Shown here piece by piece: positions 53,272 through 64,000 of a stretch of 64,000 nucleotides of DNA (positions within the stretch are counted from its first letter, which is position 1; each line of letters starts with the position of its first letter). The notes under the pieces were generated by a model. It had not been told where the DNA came from, ran no database searches, and was given only the letters and a program-made list of their open reading frames with translations. Origin of the DNA: Monocercomonoides exilis PA203 (taxonomy: Eukaryota; Protista; Preaxostyla); NCBI GenBank assembly GCA_001643675.2, contig LSRY02000034.1, forward strand, positions 496,001 through 560,000. The letters are read 5' to 3'. The position numbers were made by a program, and so were the translations under genes.

Positions 53272-54881
53272 ATGGCCTCGCAATTTGACGATGATGACGA
53301 CTTCGTTTTTGAAGAAGTCCCCCTTGAAAAATTTGAATTGGCACCAGATGAAGAAGAAAATGACATAAGTCTTGAATCTTTAAAAGCAGCAGTGAAAATT
53401 CCAGAAAAAGCACCTACTGTGCCACAGAGGCCAATCTTACCACAAGTATCAAATAAGCCAGTTGTAGTTGAAGATTTTATCAGAAATTATTTGAAAAAAA
53501 TGAAAATGGAGCGAACTCTGGAAATGTTTCAGGTTTTTATAATATTTTCATTTATTTTTGGACTTTTTCATAATTTTTAAAAGATGGAATGGTATGAATG
53601 CGCGCATGATTCTACAACAGATCCTGTGGTGGATGCTTACGCGCAGATACAAGAATTGACCGAACAAGTTTTCAGGTTGAAAGAAGAACTTCAAGCAAAG
53701 ACAGAATTTGCAGAGTATGTTAATTATATACAATGAAAAGAACAAAATAATATATTTTTTAACGTTGTATTTTAATTTTATGTTTTTTTATTTGAACAGG
53801 AAAGCATCTGGTCTTTTTGAAAAATTGAGAAAAGAGAGAGATTTCCATAAAATGCACCATCGCAGAGTGGTTGAAGAGAAAAACAAGCTTATTCGCGACA
53901 TGAAACGATTAGTTAAGCATAACGCAAAGTTTGAGTTTTTGATTTAATTTGTGTTGCTCAAAAGTGTGATTATCATTTATTTCAGTTATGAGCCAGTTCT
54001 TCGAGAAATGAAAAGTCGATATGAAGCTGTAATGAAAGATAAAATGCTCCTTAAACTAGAAAAAGATAAGTACATCAACCGAGTTGAAATATTGGAAGAG
54101 ACCGTCCGCCAGCTGCAATCATACAGCGTTGCTGGAGGCGGTGGGCAAGCTGCGACTCTTGCGTCATCTGTTCTCGCCACTTCACCTCTCAAAGCCGAGG
54201 CAGACGGAGGCTCACGTCTTTTGCAGCCGACTGCGTCGTCGCTGATGCGCGCCAAGGAGACAGCTGCCAAGCATGGGATGAAGGTGACGAAAGATGGATC
54301 AGTCACAGCCCGCCGCGGCGAAAGGCGGAGTGCAGATGTTGGGCCAGGGTGGATGGCTGGTGCCGGTGGCGGAGGTCCGTCCGGGACGAAGCCTCGTCGC
54401 GCTGCTTCAGCCGAGCGGGCAAGCGCACCGACAGTCGTGCCGCTGCGTGTGAAGCCGCGCCCGTCGACACCTCCGCAGGTGGCTGCGCCTGCCTCAAAAG
54501 TGGCGACTTTTAAGGCGACGAAGAACTACAACTGCCATTCGATGCCTATCACTTCACTGGCATTCTATCCGAATAAAGACGAGGTGGTGACCACTTCAGA
54601 CGACGGCTCGTGGAAGATGTGGGCGATTCCGGGCGGAGAGTTCATCAAAGGCGGAAATGAGCACAAGGAATGGGTGAGCGAAGCGGCATTCCATCCGAAG
54701 TATGAAGTTCTAATGAGACAGACGAATGTTGAATGAGTTATTTGGATATTTTGTATTTTTTTAAAAAAAAGAAAAAAAATATTTTGAAGTTTTTGAATTT
54801 TTTGATAATTAATGATGATGCTTGGAACTTTTGGCACATTTTTTGTAATTATTTCATAAATAACATTTCTTTCATTTTTGT

Positions 54882-54924
<43 letters not shown>

Positions 54925-55367
54925 TTCATTCATTCATTCATTCATTCATTCATTCATTCAAGTGGAAGTAAGCTTGTGACAGCTTCTGGTGACTGCACGG
55001 TCAAGTTGTGGGATTACTCAACCGGGGCGTGCACAGCCACGTTTACTGATCATACTGGCGTTTGAATATCTTTTTAATATTTTAATGTTTTGATTTTTAT
55101 AAATACGGATTTGAAAATTTTTATTTTCATTTGCTTTCTTCAAATTCTTTGATTACTTGTTATATCTTATGTGCTTAACGAAAACATCAACTTTTCGTTC
55201 TTATGATATTATTCTCAATGCTTCTTCAACCGATTCCTTTCATTCTACCTGCTTCAATTTCCATCGCTGTTGCTGTCGAATTCCAAATCCTTCATTCTTC
55301 CTCTTTGTTGATATATGTTAATATACACATATATATCAACATTCATTTTTATAAATTCCTTTTATTT

Positions 55368-55405
<38 letters not shown>

Positions 55406-56141
55406 TTTTTGTTTTTGTTTCTGTTTCTGTTTCTGTTTGTTTGTTTGTTTGTTTGTTTTTTAAACGAAATAAATCTTCAGCCTGTGTGGTCTGTGTCCTT
55501 CCACGACTCTGGCGACTTCTTCTCTTCTTCTTCCTCTGACAGCACGATCAAAATCTGGGACATGCGTACGCAGGCCTGCCGCTTCACACTGCGGGGCCAT
55601 GTTGACTCTGTGAATGATGCACACTTTATCCCCTTCACTTCTGCAGTGTGTTCTTGTTCTGCGGATAAAACTGTGTCTTTGTGGGATGTCCGCACGGGGA
55701 GGTGCGCGGAGTCCTTCTTTGGGCACACGAACGGCTGCAACAGAGTCGCATACGACCCGGACGGCTACTCGCTGGCTTCTTCGGATGCTGATGGTGTTGT
55801 GTGCTTGTGGGATACAAGAACGGTGAAGCAGAGAGGAAGGGTTTGTTTAAAGAAAAATATTATTTTTTGCAATTATATTATTTTATTTATTTATTTATTT
55901 ATTTATTTTTGTTTGTTTGTTTGTTTGAATGACTTTATTTATTTATTTGTAATTTCTGAATGCAATAACATTTGGGTATTTTGTTGCCTTTGTCTGTCAG
56001 TTCAATTGCGGGCCAAAAGCAGCAAATGGCCTTTCGTTTGACGGAAGTGGGCAAGTTTTGGTTGTTGGAAGTGACGATGGAACGATAAAAATGTTTGTTA
56101 TAATTTGAAATTTTTCAGATTTCAAAAAAAATGAATACCCC

Positions 56142-56179
<38 letters not shown>

Positions 56180-56603
56180 CACTTTTATAATTATAATTTT
56201 TCTTCCTTCCTCTGTTTTTCACTCTCTTTATATTTTTATATATTTCTTTCTTTCTTTCTTTGAATTTCTTTAAAAAAATAACAATTTTCCTTTTTTTAAC
56301 ATCAAATTTTTCTTTTTTGTGGATATATCTGAAACGTGCGTCTGTCCTTTTGAAACTCTTAACGAATTGTTTAGAATTGACATTGAAGAAGAACTTAGCA
56401 AATCATATGGCCAAACCATGGCGCGTACCAGAAGCTCGTTCTCAAACACAGCATTGTCCACCCTCTCTTCTCCCAGCAGCCTTCCGCCTATCACAAAAGT
56501 GTTGAAAGGACATTCTGATTGTGTTCTTGACGTGCTGTTTGACAAGCAGAATCGATATCTTCTCAGTTGCTCAACAGATAGAACGATGATACTTTGGTGC
56601 TAA
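53272..56603 (+). CDS. SPAG16: Flagellar central-pair WD40 protein PF20/SPAG16
   Basis: VVEDFIRNYL (LisH-like), EWYE, LRKERDFHKMHHRRVVEEKNKL, YEAVMKDKMLLKLEKD, then WD40 repeats over several exons ending MILWC-TAA. Confidence 0.92.
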
Positions 56604-57118
56604 ATTTTGAATTGACACAAAATGTTTTGATTTTTTTATTGTTATTTTATAAATCTTTTCCATTACTATTTTTTTTTAACATCTCGCAATTATTTTTGTT
56701 AAGTTGTGATAAAGAGGAAAAAAAAGCACTTTTTTTTTCTTTATTAAGCGTCGTATTATCATGTTTATCTCTTCAAAATAGAAGTTTGTAATTATTTCCT
56801 TTGGAAAGTTATCGAGAGAATAAAATCAAAGAACCATGTTTTAATTGAAAGAGATTTCAATCTGAATTATCAAATGATTTTTCTTTTCGGATTTAAGAAT
56901 GAACATGAATTACATGAATGAATCTTGTTCAAAATCTACCGCTCCAAACGTTTTAATTATTTTTATTTCTTTCCAACAAATTTGATAGGGTGGTTTTTTT
57001 ATCCTGACATTTTTTTTTATCCGGACAAAAATTTTAATAATGAATTATTTCTACCCACTTTTTGGATATTTTATCATATTTTTGATATATAAGGAAAAGT
57101 CAACAATCAGAATTTCAG

Positions 57119-57245
57119 ATCAAATTACTATACCTAATCTCTGATGGGGGAGAAAATGTGAGGGTCAGCTCCTCCATCTCTGATTAGTGCCTCCCCTGAG
57201 GAGATTAGGTAATAGCAACGGGGGCTGACTGAGTTAGAATTTGAT
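57119..57245 (+). other. GC-rich structured element (hairpin plus pseudoknot) upstream of the transposase; candidate cis-acting RNA
   Basis: Pairings: 57131-57141/57201-57211 (11 bp), 57146-57152/57191-57197, 57164-57173/57220-57229 (crossing), 57119-57126/57238-57245. Confidence 0.5.
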
Positions 57246-57333
57246 TGAAAATTTTTTTTGATTTTTTTTCATTTTAATAAATATTTTTTTGAAAAAATAA
57301 AAAATTGATCATAACCAAAAATTTATTTTTGAA

Positions 57334-58929
57334 ATGAGTGTTGTCGTAAACAAAAAACAACAAGGATTAAAGAAAATTAGAAGTTTAATGAGATTTCTTC
57401 AATATCGACATATTGAAAGTAGATTAGAGCGTGTTGCAACTATTATTTCTAATGGAGAAGCTCGGGTTGCTGATGCTGCGAACATGAAGGAATTTACTCG
57501 CTCGGCAATTGATAGAGCAGTTGCAGCTGTGGAAAAAGGAAGAAAAGCAGGACAGAATGGAAGACCAGAATTATTCAATAAGGAAGAAAAGGAAACGATA
57601 TTTGGTGTACTAAAAATCGAATGTGAAAGTGGGACAAGTCACAATGCTGCACAAATGAGGAAATTAGTTTGTCACAATTTTTAATTTGTTGTTTTTATTT
57701 ATTTTTTTATATATTCAGATGAACACTGTAAAAATGATAGGAAAAAAGACGGTTTTGATGAAGAAGATGAAGAAGTGAACATTTCTAAAGCATATCCTTA
57801 TCAATACACAAAAATGAACCCCGACCTTAAAACGTCATTCCCTCGAAATGTCGACATTCAAAGGCTCTCCGCATCAAATCAACAAACTCTTCTTCCATTT
57901 TTCACTCTTCTGCAAAACCTTCATGATCAACATCATTATTCTAACTCTCTCATCTTTAATATTGATGAATCTTCTCTTCGACTCTCTGATTCTTTCTCTT
58001 CTCTTGTTTTCCATCCTTCCGACATGCCTGCCGGTTTCTCCAAAACACCAATGAACATGACGAATGCAACTCTCCTCGTTGCAGCTGCAGCTGATGGCTC
58101 CTCCCTAAAAAGCGTCGTTCTGTGGCCTTGTCGGAAACTGCCAGATGAACTGCGCCTTGTTCTGAGTTCACAGTTAGATGTTTGGGGTGAAAATGAAGGC
58201 TGGATGACTGAAGCGCTATTCCTCAAATATGCTGAAGAAGTGTTGCTTCCAGGGATCACATAAAGAAGAGAAACTTTGAAGAAGAATGATGAACGTTGCC
58301 TTCTCCTTCTTGATTCTCATTCTTCGAGAGCGCAGCCTGACTTGTGGAAGAAGTTCGCCGATTCTTCAATAGATGTGGTCACCTTCGTACCCCACACCAC
58401 TCACATCGCACAGCCGTTGGATCGTGGCGTATTTGCTGTTTTTAAAAAAACAATTAATACCAATTACGAAGCTCCTTCTTCTTCTTCTGTTGTTTTGCGA
58501 CGAGAAGCGCTAGCTGATGTGCTTCCACAAGCTTTACAAACTTCTTTGTTGCCTTCAACAATCAAATCATCATTTGCGAAGAGCGGAGTGCTGTCACATC
58601 AGTGGCACGAAGTGTTAGCGAAGCTGCCAAAAGAACCTTCTGTCACTCTGAAGAAAAGAACAAAAAGGTTTGATTATTTTGGAAAATTAATTACCGATGA
58701 AGAATTTTTAATTGAATGGAAAAAAGAAAAGGATGAAAGAAAAGAGTCAAAAAATGAAGAAAAAGATAATGAAGAAATTGAAAAGGCTTTGTTTGAAGAT
58801 GAAAAACTGAAAAAAAGAAAATTCAACCCATCGAAAATTTTAAATGATGATTTTTCTGATTACGAAAAAAAACAAATAAATACTCGAAAAATTGTCAAAC
58901 GAGAGCTTGTTGATTATATGTATCATTAA
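57334..58929 (+). pseudogene. pogo-like DDE_1 transposase (copy B), with a frameshift near 57745 and an in-frame TAA at 58261
   Basis: HTH-like N-terminus with GRP, intron 57667-57718, catalytic FNIDES / LLDSHSSR / QPLDRGVF with 35 residues between the second and third Asp. Confidence 0.9.
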
Positions 58930-59399
58930 TATTTTTTTAAAAACGAAATCAATACACAATACACAAAAATAAATTTGTTTATTTTTTATTCGGGTTTTCA
59001 AAAAAATATTCGGGTTAATAAATCACCCTATTTGCAAATTTGAAAAAAATTGAGGCTAAATAACCGAGCTACACTGAATTGTTTATTCCGCTAGTCTTCT
59101 TCAAATTTTCATCTATTTGTATTAAAATAAAAAACCTCATAATCGTCTCTCTTTTTTATAATTTAACTGACTTCTGAGGTAAACTTCATTTCAAGCGTCT
59201 GTGCTACAATGAAATTTTTTAATTACCAAAGAGGAATTATATCCTTCACTTTGAGCTGAGTCTTTATCTGCCTTTACCGCAGCTTCATACCACTCCGCTT
59301 CTCCTTTCATAAAGCGGAAAAAATAAGAGAAGAAGAGATTAATATCTGATGTAGCTGATGTTAAACATCACGAAATCATCAAAGTTATCATCTTCATTT

Positions 59400-60140
59400 C
59401 CACTTTCTCAATCAACTCTTCGGATGCATCTGTATTAGAGACTTCAAACACTTCTTCAGCAGCGATGGAAGATATCAAGAGCCATCTGTGGATTGCGGTG
59501 CCTGAGGCGGCTGGGGTGTATGGTCTGTTCATGCCGCTGTCACTGCAGCAGCTGATGTTGTCTCCACACTCGCTGCAGACGTTGCTGGGATATGTTGCGG
59601 AGCGACGGGCGGTGCTGGATGGGGGTGTTGCGTGTGCCTACCATGAGGTGCTTTCGACAATGCTTTTGGTTCCACCAGCGGAACAGCTTCCGTCTCATGC
59701 AGCGTAGGTGGAGAACGATGTCGGGGAGCAAGCGGATCTTTGCAGCGGAGGGTGTGAATAGGATTCTTCAATCAATGATCTATTTGACTATTCACTTCAG
59801 ACATAGCGATCATCTAGGTCGGGGAGAGTGGTGGTGAAGTGTTAAAAGGAAGTGAGATGGCGAATGGTTGTAGTGCGCGAAGTGAAAGAGATTGCGGAGA
59901 AGGCTCAGGAGGAATCAGAAATGAGGACGGAGGATGTGGTTCCATCTCCAGTAGCGATTGCGCTGCATTTGCTGGAAGAAAGAAAAGAAGAAGTGGAGAA
60001 AGGGAAAGGAGCAGATGAGACAAATGGAGAATGGTGAGAGAAGGAGGAGAAGCGAACGAGTGGACTGGCAGAGCAGCTGCAGAAGAAGGACAAGATCATC
60101 CAGGTGATTCAGAGGAAGATTCTGGAGCTAAACTAAAAGC
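59400..60140 (+). pseudogene. Decayed copy C of the unknown multicopy ORF family
   Basis: LLGYVAERRAVLDGGVACAYHEVLSTMLLVPPAEQLPSHAA*, then frameshifted SGSKRIFAAEGV. Homologous to ~1900-2100 and ~6050-6250. Confidence 0.6.
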
Positions 60141-60149
60141 ACAATGCAG

Positions 60150-60850
60150 AGGTTGAAGAAGAAGAAGAAGAAGAGAAAAAAACAGATAGAAGAAAGAGAA
60201 AAGAAGTATTTAGAAGAAGAGAAAGAGAAAGAGAAAGAGAAAGAGAAAGAGAAAGAGGAAGAGGAAGAGGAAGAGAAAGAGGAAGAGGAAGAGGAAGGGG
60301 AAGGGGAAGAGAAGAAGAAGAAGAAGAAGAAGAAGAAGAGGAGGAGGAGGAAAAGAAGGAAAGGAAAAAGAAGAGGAGGAAGGAAAAGAAGGAAAAGAGA
60401 AGGATGAAGAAGGAGAGGGGAAAGAAAAAGATGATGATGATGTTAATGAAGATGGAAAAGATATGTCTGAATGGGGAGAAGACATAACTTGTTCAATCAT
60501 TGCATTTACAGAAGAGTAAGGGGAAGGGGAAGGGGAAGAGGAAGAGGAAGAGGAAGGGGAAGAGGAAGAGGAAGGGGAAGAGGAAGGGGAAGGGGAAGGG
60601 GAAGAGGAAGAGGAAGAGGAAGAGGAAGAGGAAGAGGAGGAGGAGGAAGAAGAGGAAGAGGAAGAGGAAGAAGAGGAAGAGGAAGGGGAAGAGGAAGAGG
60701 AGGAGGAGAAGAAGAAGAGGAGGAGGAGGAAGAAGAAGAAGGAGAGGGAGAAAAGTCACGACGAGAATGAGAAGGAGTATATATTGATGACGACGACGAT
60801 GATGATGATGATGAGGAGGAGGAAGAAGAATTTGAAGAATTTGAAGAAAA
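60150..60850 (+). repeat. Purine-rich tri- and hexanucleotide arrays (GAGAAA, GAGGAA, GGGGAA, GAA, GAT)
   Basis: Read directly; probably the expanded acidic tail of decayed copy C. Confidence 0.85.
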
Positions 60851-62351
60851 AGATAAGTCGAATGAAGAAAATGAAGCAAATTTGCTGAGGAAATCAGAAA
60901 TGATCGTGTTTCTGTGCTTGGAGGATATGCCACATCAGCCCGTGCGATTGAAAAGCACTTATAAATATGATGAAATTTCTGGAAAATGAAAAAAAGAGAG
61001 GGAGAATATGCACAGAACAAGGCTACTTGTTCTTTGGCAATGCCAAGAAAGAAGGATGAAAAAGTTGATATTCATGCAGCAATTATCATGATATTAAATT
61101 CAATGCAGTTTCAACGAATTTACGTCAATCAAGCAATGAGCCATGCGCTATCAATGAAATGTGGAACAACAATCACTTTGGTTAAAGATACATGAAGAAT
61201 AAGCCGAATAAGTGAATGATTTCCAGTTAGTCTGATTCCCAGCTTGATAATGTTCTCGGTAAACTTCGAGTTGCATCCATATTGCTTGCTCAAAATGGCT
61301 GTCCCTTCGAAGAATGAAATGCAAATGTGGTTGACCTGAATGAAGTTTGATTGCCTATTAGCACTCGACAATTTGATGTCTCGTAGTTGGCGATTCTCCT
61401 TTCTTTTGGTTCGAAAACGAAATCAAAGAAAGAATCCCTTCGTTTTTCATGTCTGCCCGGAGCAGTTCGAGAAACAGGAAAACCTTATAAATGTAATTGA
61501 TATTTTGGGGTTCTCCTTTTTCCCATTGAATTGTTGCCTTTTCAGTGATAAATATCCTTCCCTTGATATTGCCAGTCACTTTCTTTGCCCAAAATATACC
61601 ACAAACTGCTCTCCCTGCCTTACGCTCTTAAATTCTACATAATTTTGTGCAGATTTTGTCCTTCACAGAATTCCTTCCATAAATCTTCATTCAACAAAAT
61701 AACAATTGAATTTGTTTTCATCTCTTGTCCTAAATAAATATCATGTATCTTCCGCAACTTCATTTATTTCCCAATGGCTATACAATAATCAGCTCCGTTC
61801 TCATCGTATTGCTCCACAAAGCAGAGATTGACCATTTCAACAATAACTCACATTCCTGCACTTTGGAGAGGATACAGATGGAAATATCTTCATAAACAAT
61901 CGAATAACAAAAAATACACGCACGCAGATATTTTCAGCCAACAATAAAATTGTTGTATTTTCTTGGTCAACCAATTTCAAAAATTCAACGAAAGCATTCC
62001 AAAATAAACGCATCTTCACCATTATCTGTTGTCATTGTTTGAAATAATATTTCTAATTCTATAGGTAATGTTGACTCATCGACCTCTCATTTCAACAAGG
62101 AATATTTTTGTTCTTTCAAATCAAATTGATCAAAGTGTCCATTACTGCAAATCAGAAAAAGATTTAACGTTTTTTCTTTCTTTATTACACCTTGTCAAAT
62201 AATATTAACAACATAGAATGGTGTCACAGTTTATATTTTCATGATTGTTTTGAGATAATATTTTGCACCTAATTTCTTTTATCCAATGATATCCAAATTT
62301 AATGTGAATTACGAATATTTGTTATTATCTGAATGTAATATATTGTCAAAA

Positions 62352-63749
62352 ATGCAGTCAACGAGTGGAACCGAAAGGGTTAACGGTTTGCGTTCATTGT
62401 TGTATTTGCACACTTTTAATTGTGATATTTTCACTTGATTTTTTCAGAAATGTTTTATGATCTGGCGCATTGCAATGAGGATAAGCAAAAACAGATTATT
62501 GAAGAAATGAACAAGCAATTTGACGACGTGATTTTGAAAAATAATTATTTTCCTTTCACAAAAGAATTGTTCAACAAAATCGACAAAATGATTGAAGATA
62601 AGAAACTTTCAATGGAAAATACAGTCATACTATTAAAGTGCATTGGATATTGCAATGCGCTGAAAAATATGGATGTTGATTTTTATTTCTCTGAATTGCG
62701 TGAAAGAGTTGAAAAGATGATTATTGAAAAAGATAAGGAAAAAGAAGAAAAGGATGAAAAGTTTCTGATTGAAATCTGCGAATGCTACCTTTTTTTAAAC
62801 GACATATCACATTCAAAATTGTTATCAATATGCGTTCCTCGCCTTTTGAAAGCTGCCTCAAAGAAAGAGGAAAACGAAGAAGCACAAAAAGGGGTGGAAA
62901 TGGCTTTGCTGGCACTGAGCAGCATTCATTTTTTTGAAGTGTGATTTTCTTTTTTTCTTTTTCTTGATGATTATTTGATTCAATCGACAGTATGTGAAGA
63001 AAGAGTTGTTTCTGGATGAAATATCAGAAATTATTCAATCCAATCAAGAGCATCGAAACCTAACACATCTTGCATATCAATCTGCCTGGAGATTTTTCTT
63101 ATATAGATTTATCCATGACCAAGAATTGAAGGATGTCGTTGTGGACGAACTGTTCTTTGTTGAAGAAGCAACAAAAGAACTGAAAGAGCTGACAAGAAGT
63201 GTGAATTGGAAAGCAGGAGAAGGAGAGGGAAAAGAAACAAAAGAAGAGCAGATAATCATCATATGGCTCAACACGCTTATTAATTGTTATGATATTTGCG
63301 AATTGTGCTGTGAAGGAAATGCAGAGTTGGTTGCTTGCGTTGTGACATTGTGCCGAGCGTCAAATGTGCATTGCTCTGAAATATGCCACAGAGCCATCAA
63401 TCTTCTTGGCGCAATGATTTCAAGAAAAAGTGCATGTGTTTCAGACATTGTTGGAAAAGGTGCTTTTGATGTTGTTCTGGAGAAAATTCAGCAACCAACA
63501 TTGGATTACAATATAACGAGGAGATGTTTGGAGTTCTTATGGAATTTTTCCGATAGATTGAGAGATGAGGCGGGCCACAAAGCGGATGAAGCAAATTTTG
63601 AGATGTTGAAAAGAAAGATACTCGAAAAGTTGGAAGAAGAAGGATACGAAGACATCACCAGAAGTTTCAGAGAAGTTTCTCCATTTTTTGATGAAGGCTA
63701 TGGAACTTTCTTGAACGATAGTGACGTTAATTTTTTTGTGAATATTTAA
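62352..63749 (+). CDS. Hypothetical helical (ARM-like) protein, probably of a lineage-expanded family, 3 exons
   Basis: Exons 62352-62385, 62448-62938 and 62991-63749 splice in frame via GT..AG. Motifs FTKELFNKIDKMIE, KEENEEAQKGVEMALLALS and HRNLTHLAYQSAW resemble, from memory, an expanded Monocercomonoides family. Confidence 0.8.
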
Positions 63750-64000
63750 GAAAATAAAGAGTTCAGATTGGCACTCAAAAATTGAATTTTATTGTTTTGC
63801 TCATTTCACAATTCATCAATCATTTGAATATATGTTTGTTTGTGTGTGATAATTTTCATATATTTTCGTAAAATGCATACTTAACGGCAATTCTCAAAAC
63901 AATGAAAAAACAGTTTATAAATATATTGAAAGTTATTTAGTGAATATTTCATGAACAAAATATGGGAAGAAACCATAATTTTTTTATTTTTGAAATATTT

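Larger units (their letters stand above)
56988..59028 (+). mobile_element. Full-length pogo/Fot1-like (DD35D) DNA transposon, 2,041 bp, TA TSD, imperfect TIRs
   Basis: TA|GGGTGGTTTTTTATCCTGAC...TTATCCGGAC at the left end; TATTCGGGTT twice then AATCACCC|TA at the right end. Encloses the transposase. Confidence 0.85.

Noticed and set aside
57141-57200. Hammerhead or SECIS reading of CTGATG...TGAG
   Set aside because: No properly placed GAAA/UH hammerhead core; the helix is too short for SECIS and the element lies 5' of the gene.
58261-58263. In-frame TAA/TAG codons (8642, 10434, 58261, ~59705) as evidence for TAR=Gln recoding, as in the oxymonad Streblomastix
   Set aside because: Intact genes here end in TAA or TAG (15321, 18390, 56603, 63749), multi-kb ORFs contain no TAR, and the 58261 stop aligns with Glu in the paralogue. 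These are ordinary nonsense mutations.
60471-60787. RG-repeat or KR-repeat protein
   Set aside because: Translation of a GAGGAA/GGGGAA array with no gene structure.
60900-62200. Possible decayed minus-strand gene
   Set aside because: Short broken ORFs with no recognisable motif; a product cannot be supported.

Overview
AT-rich, intron-containing eukaryotic DNA in the standard genetic code. The gene families and low-complexity coding suggest an oxymonad such as Monocercomonoides, but that is inference. Recognisable host genes: a THH1/TOM1/GPR137-type 7TM protein, a giant TRF4/PAPD5-like non-canonical poly(A) polymerase (~3,840 aa, mostly Ser/Glu low-complexity), a ~2,570-aa surface beta-helix protein with one TM helix and a kinase-remnant tail, a 5'-truncated CDK-like kinase, a PH-domain protein, WRAP53/TCAB1, STIMATE/TMEM110, SPAG16/PF20 and a hypothetical helical-repeat gene. 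The accessory DNA is the most interesting part. (1) Two pogo-type DD35D transposase genes share an intron position. (2) One of them is split by a 2,790-bp element with 509-bp near-perfect TIRs and an 8-bp TSD; its TIRs end in inward-facing ATGs and its interior holds two convergent paralogous small coding segments. (3) A 971-bp foldback palindrome lies just downstream. (4) There are ~250-bp TA|TGGG...CCCA|TA MITEs. (5) A GC-rich, pseudoknot-forming, apparently bistable ~127-nt structure sits upstream of the second transposase. (6) An unknown ORF family occurs as three decayed copies. All alignments and gene models were read by eye.
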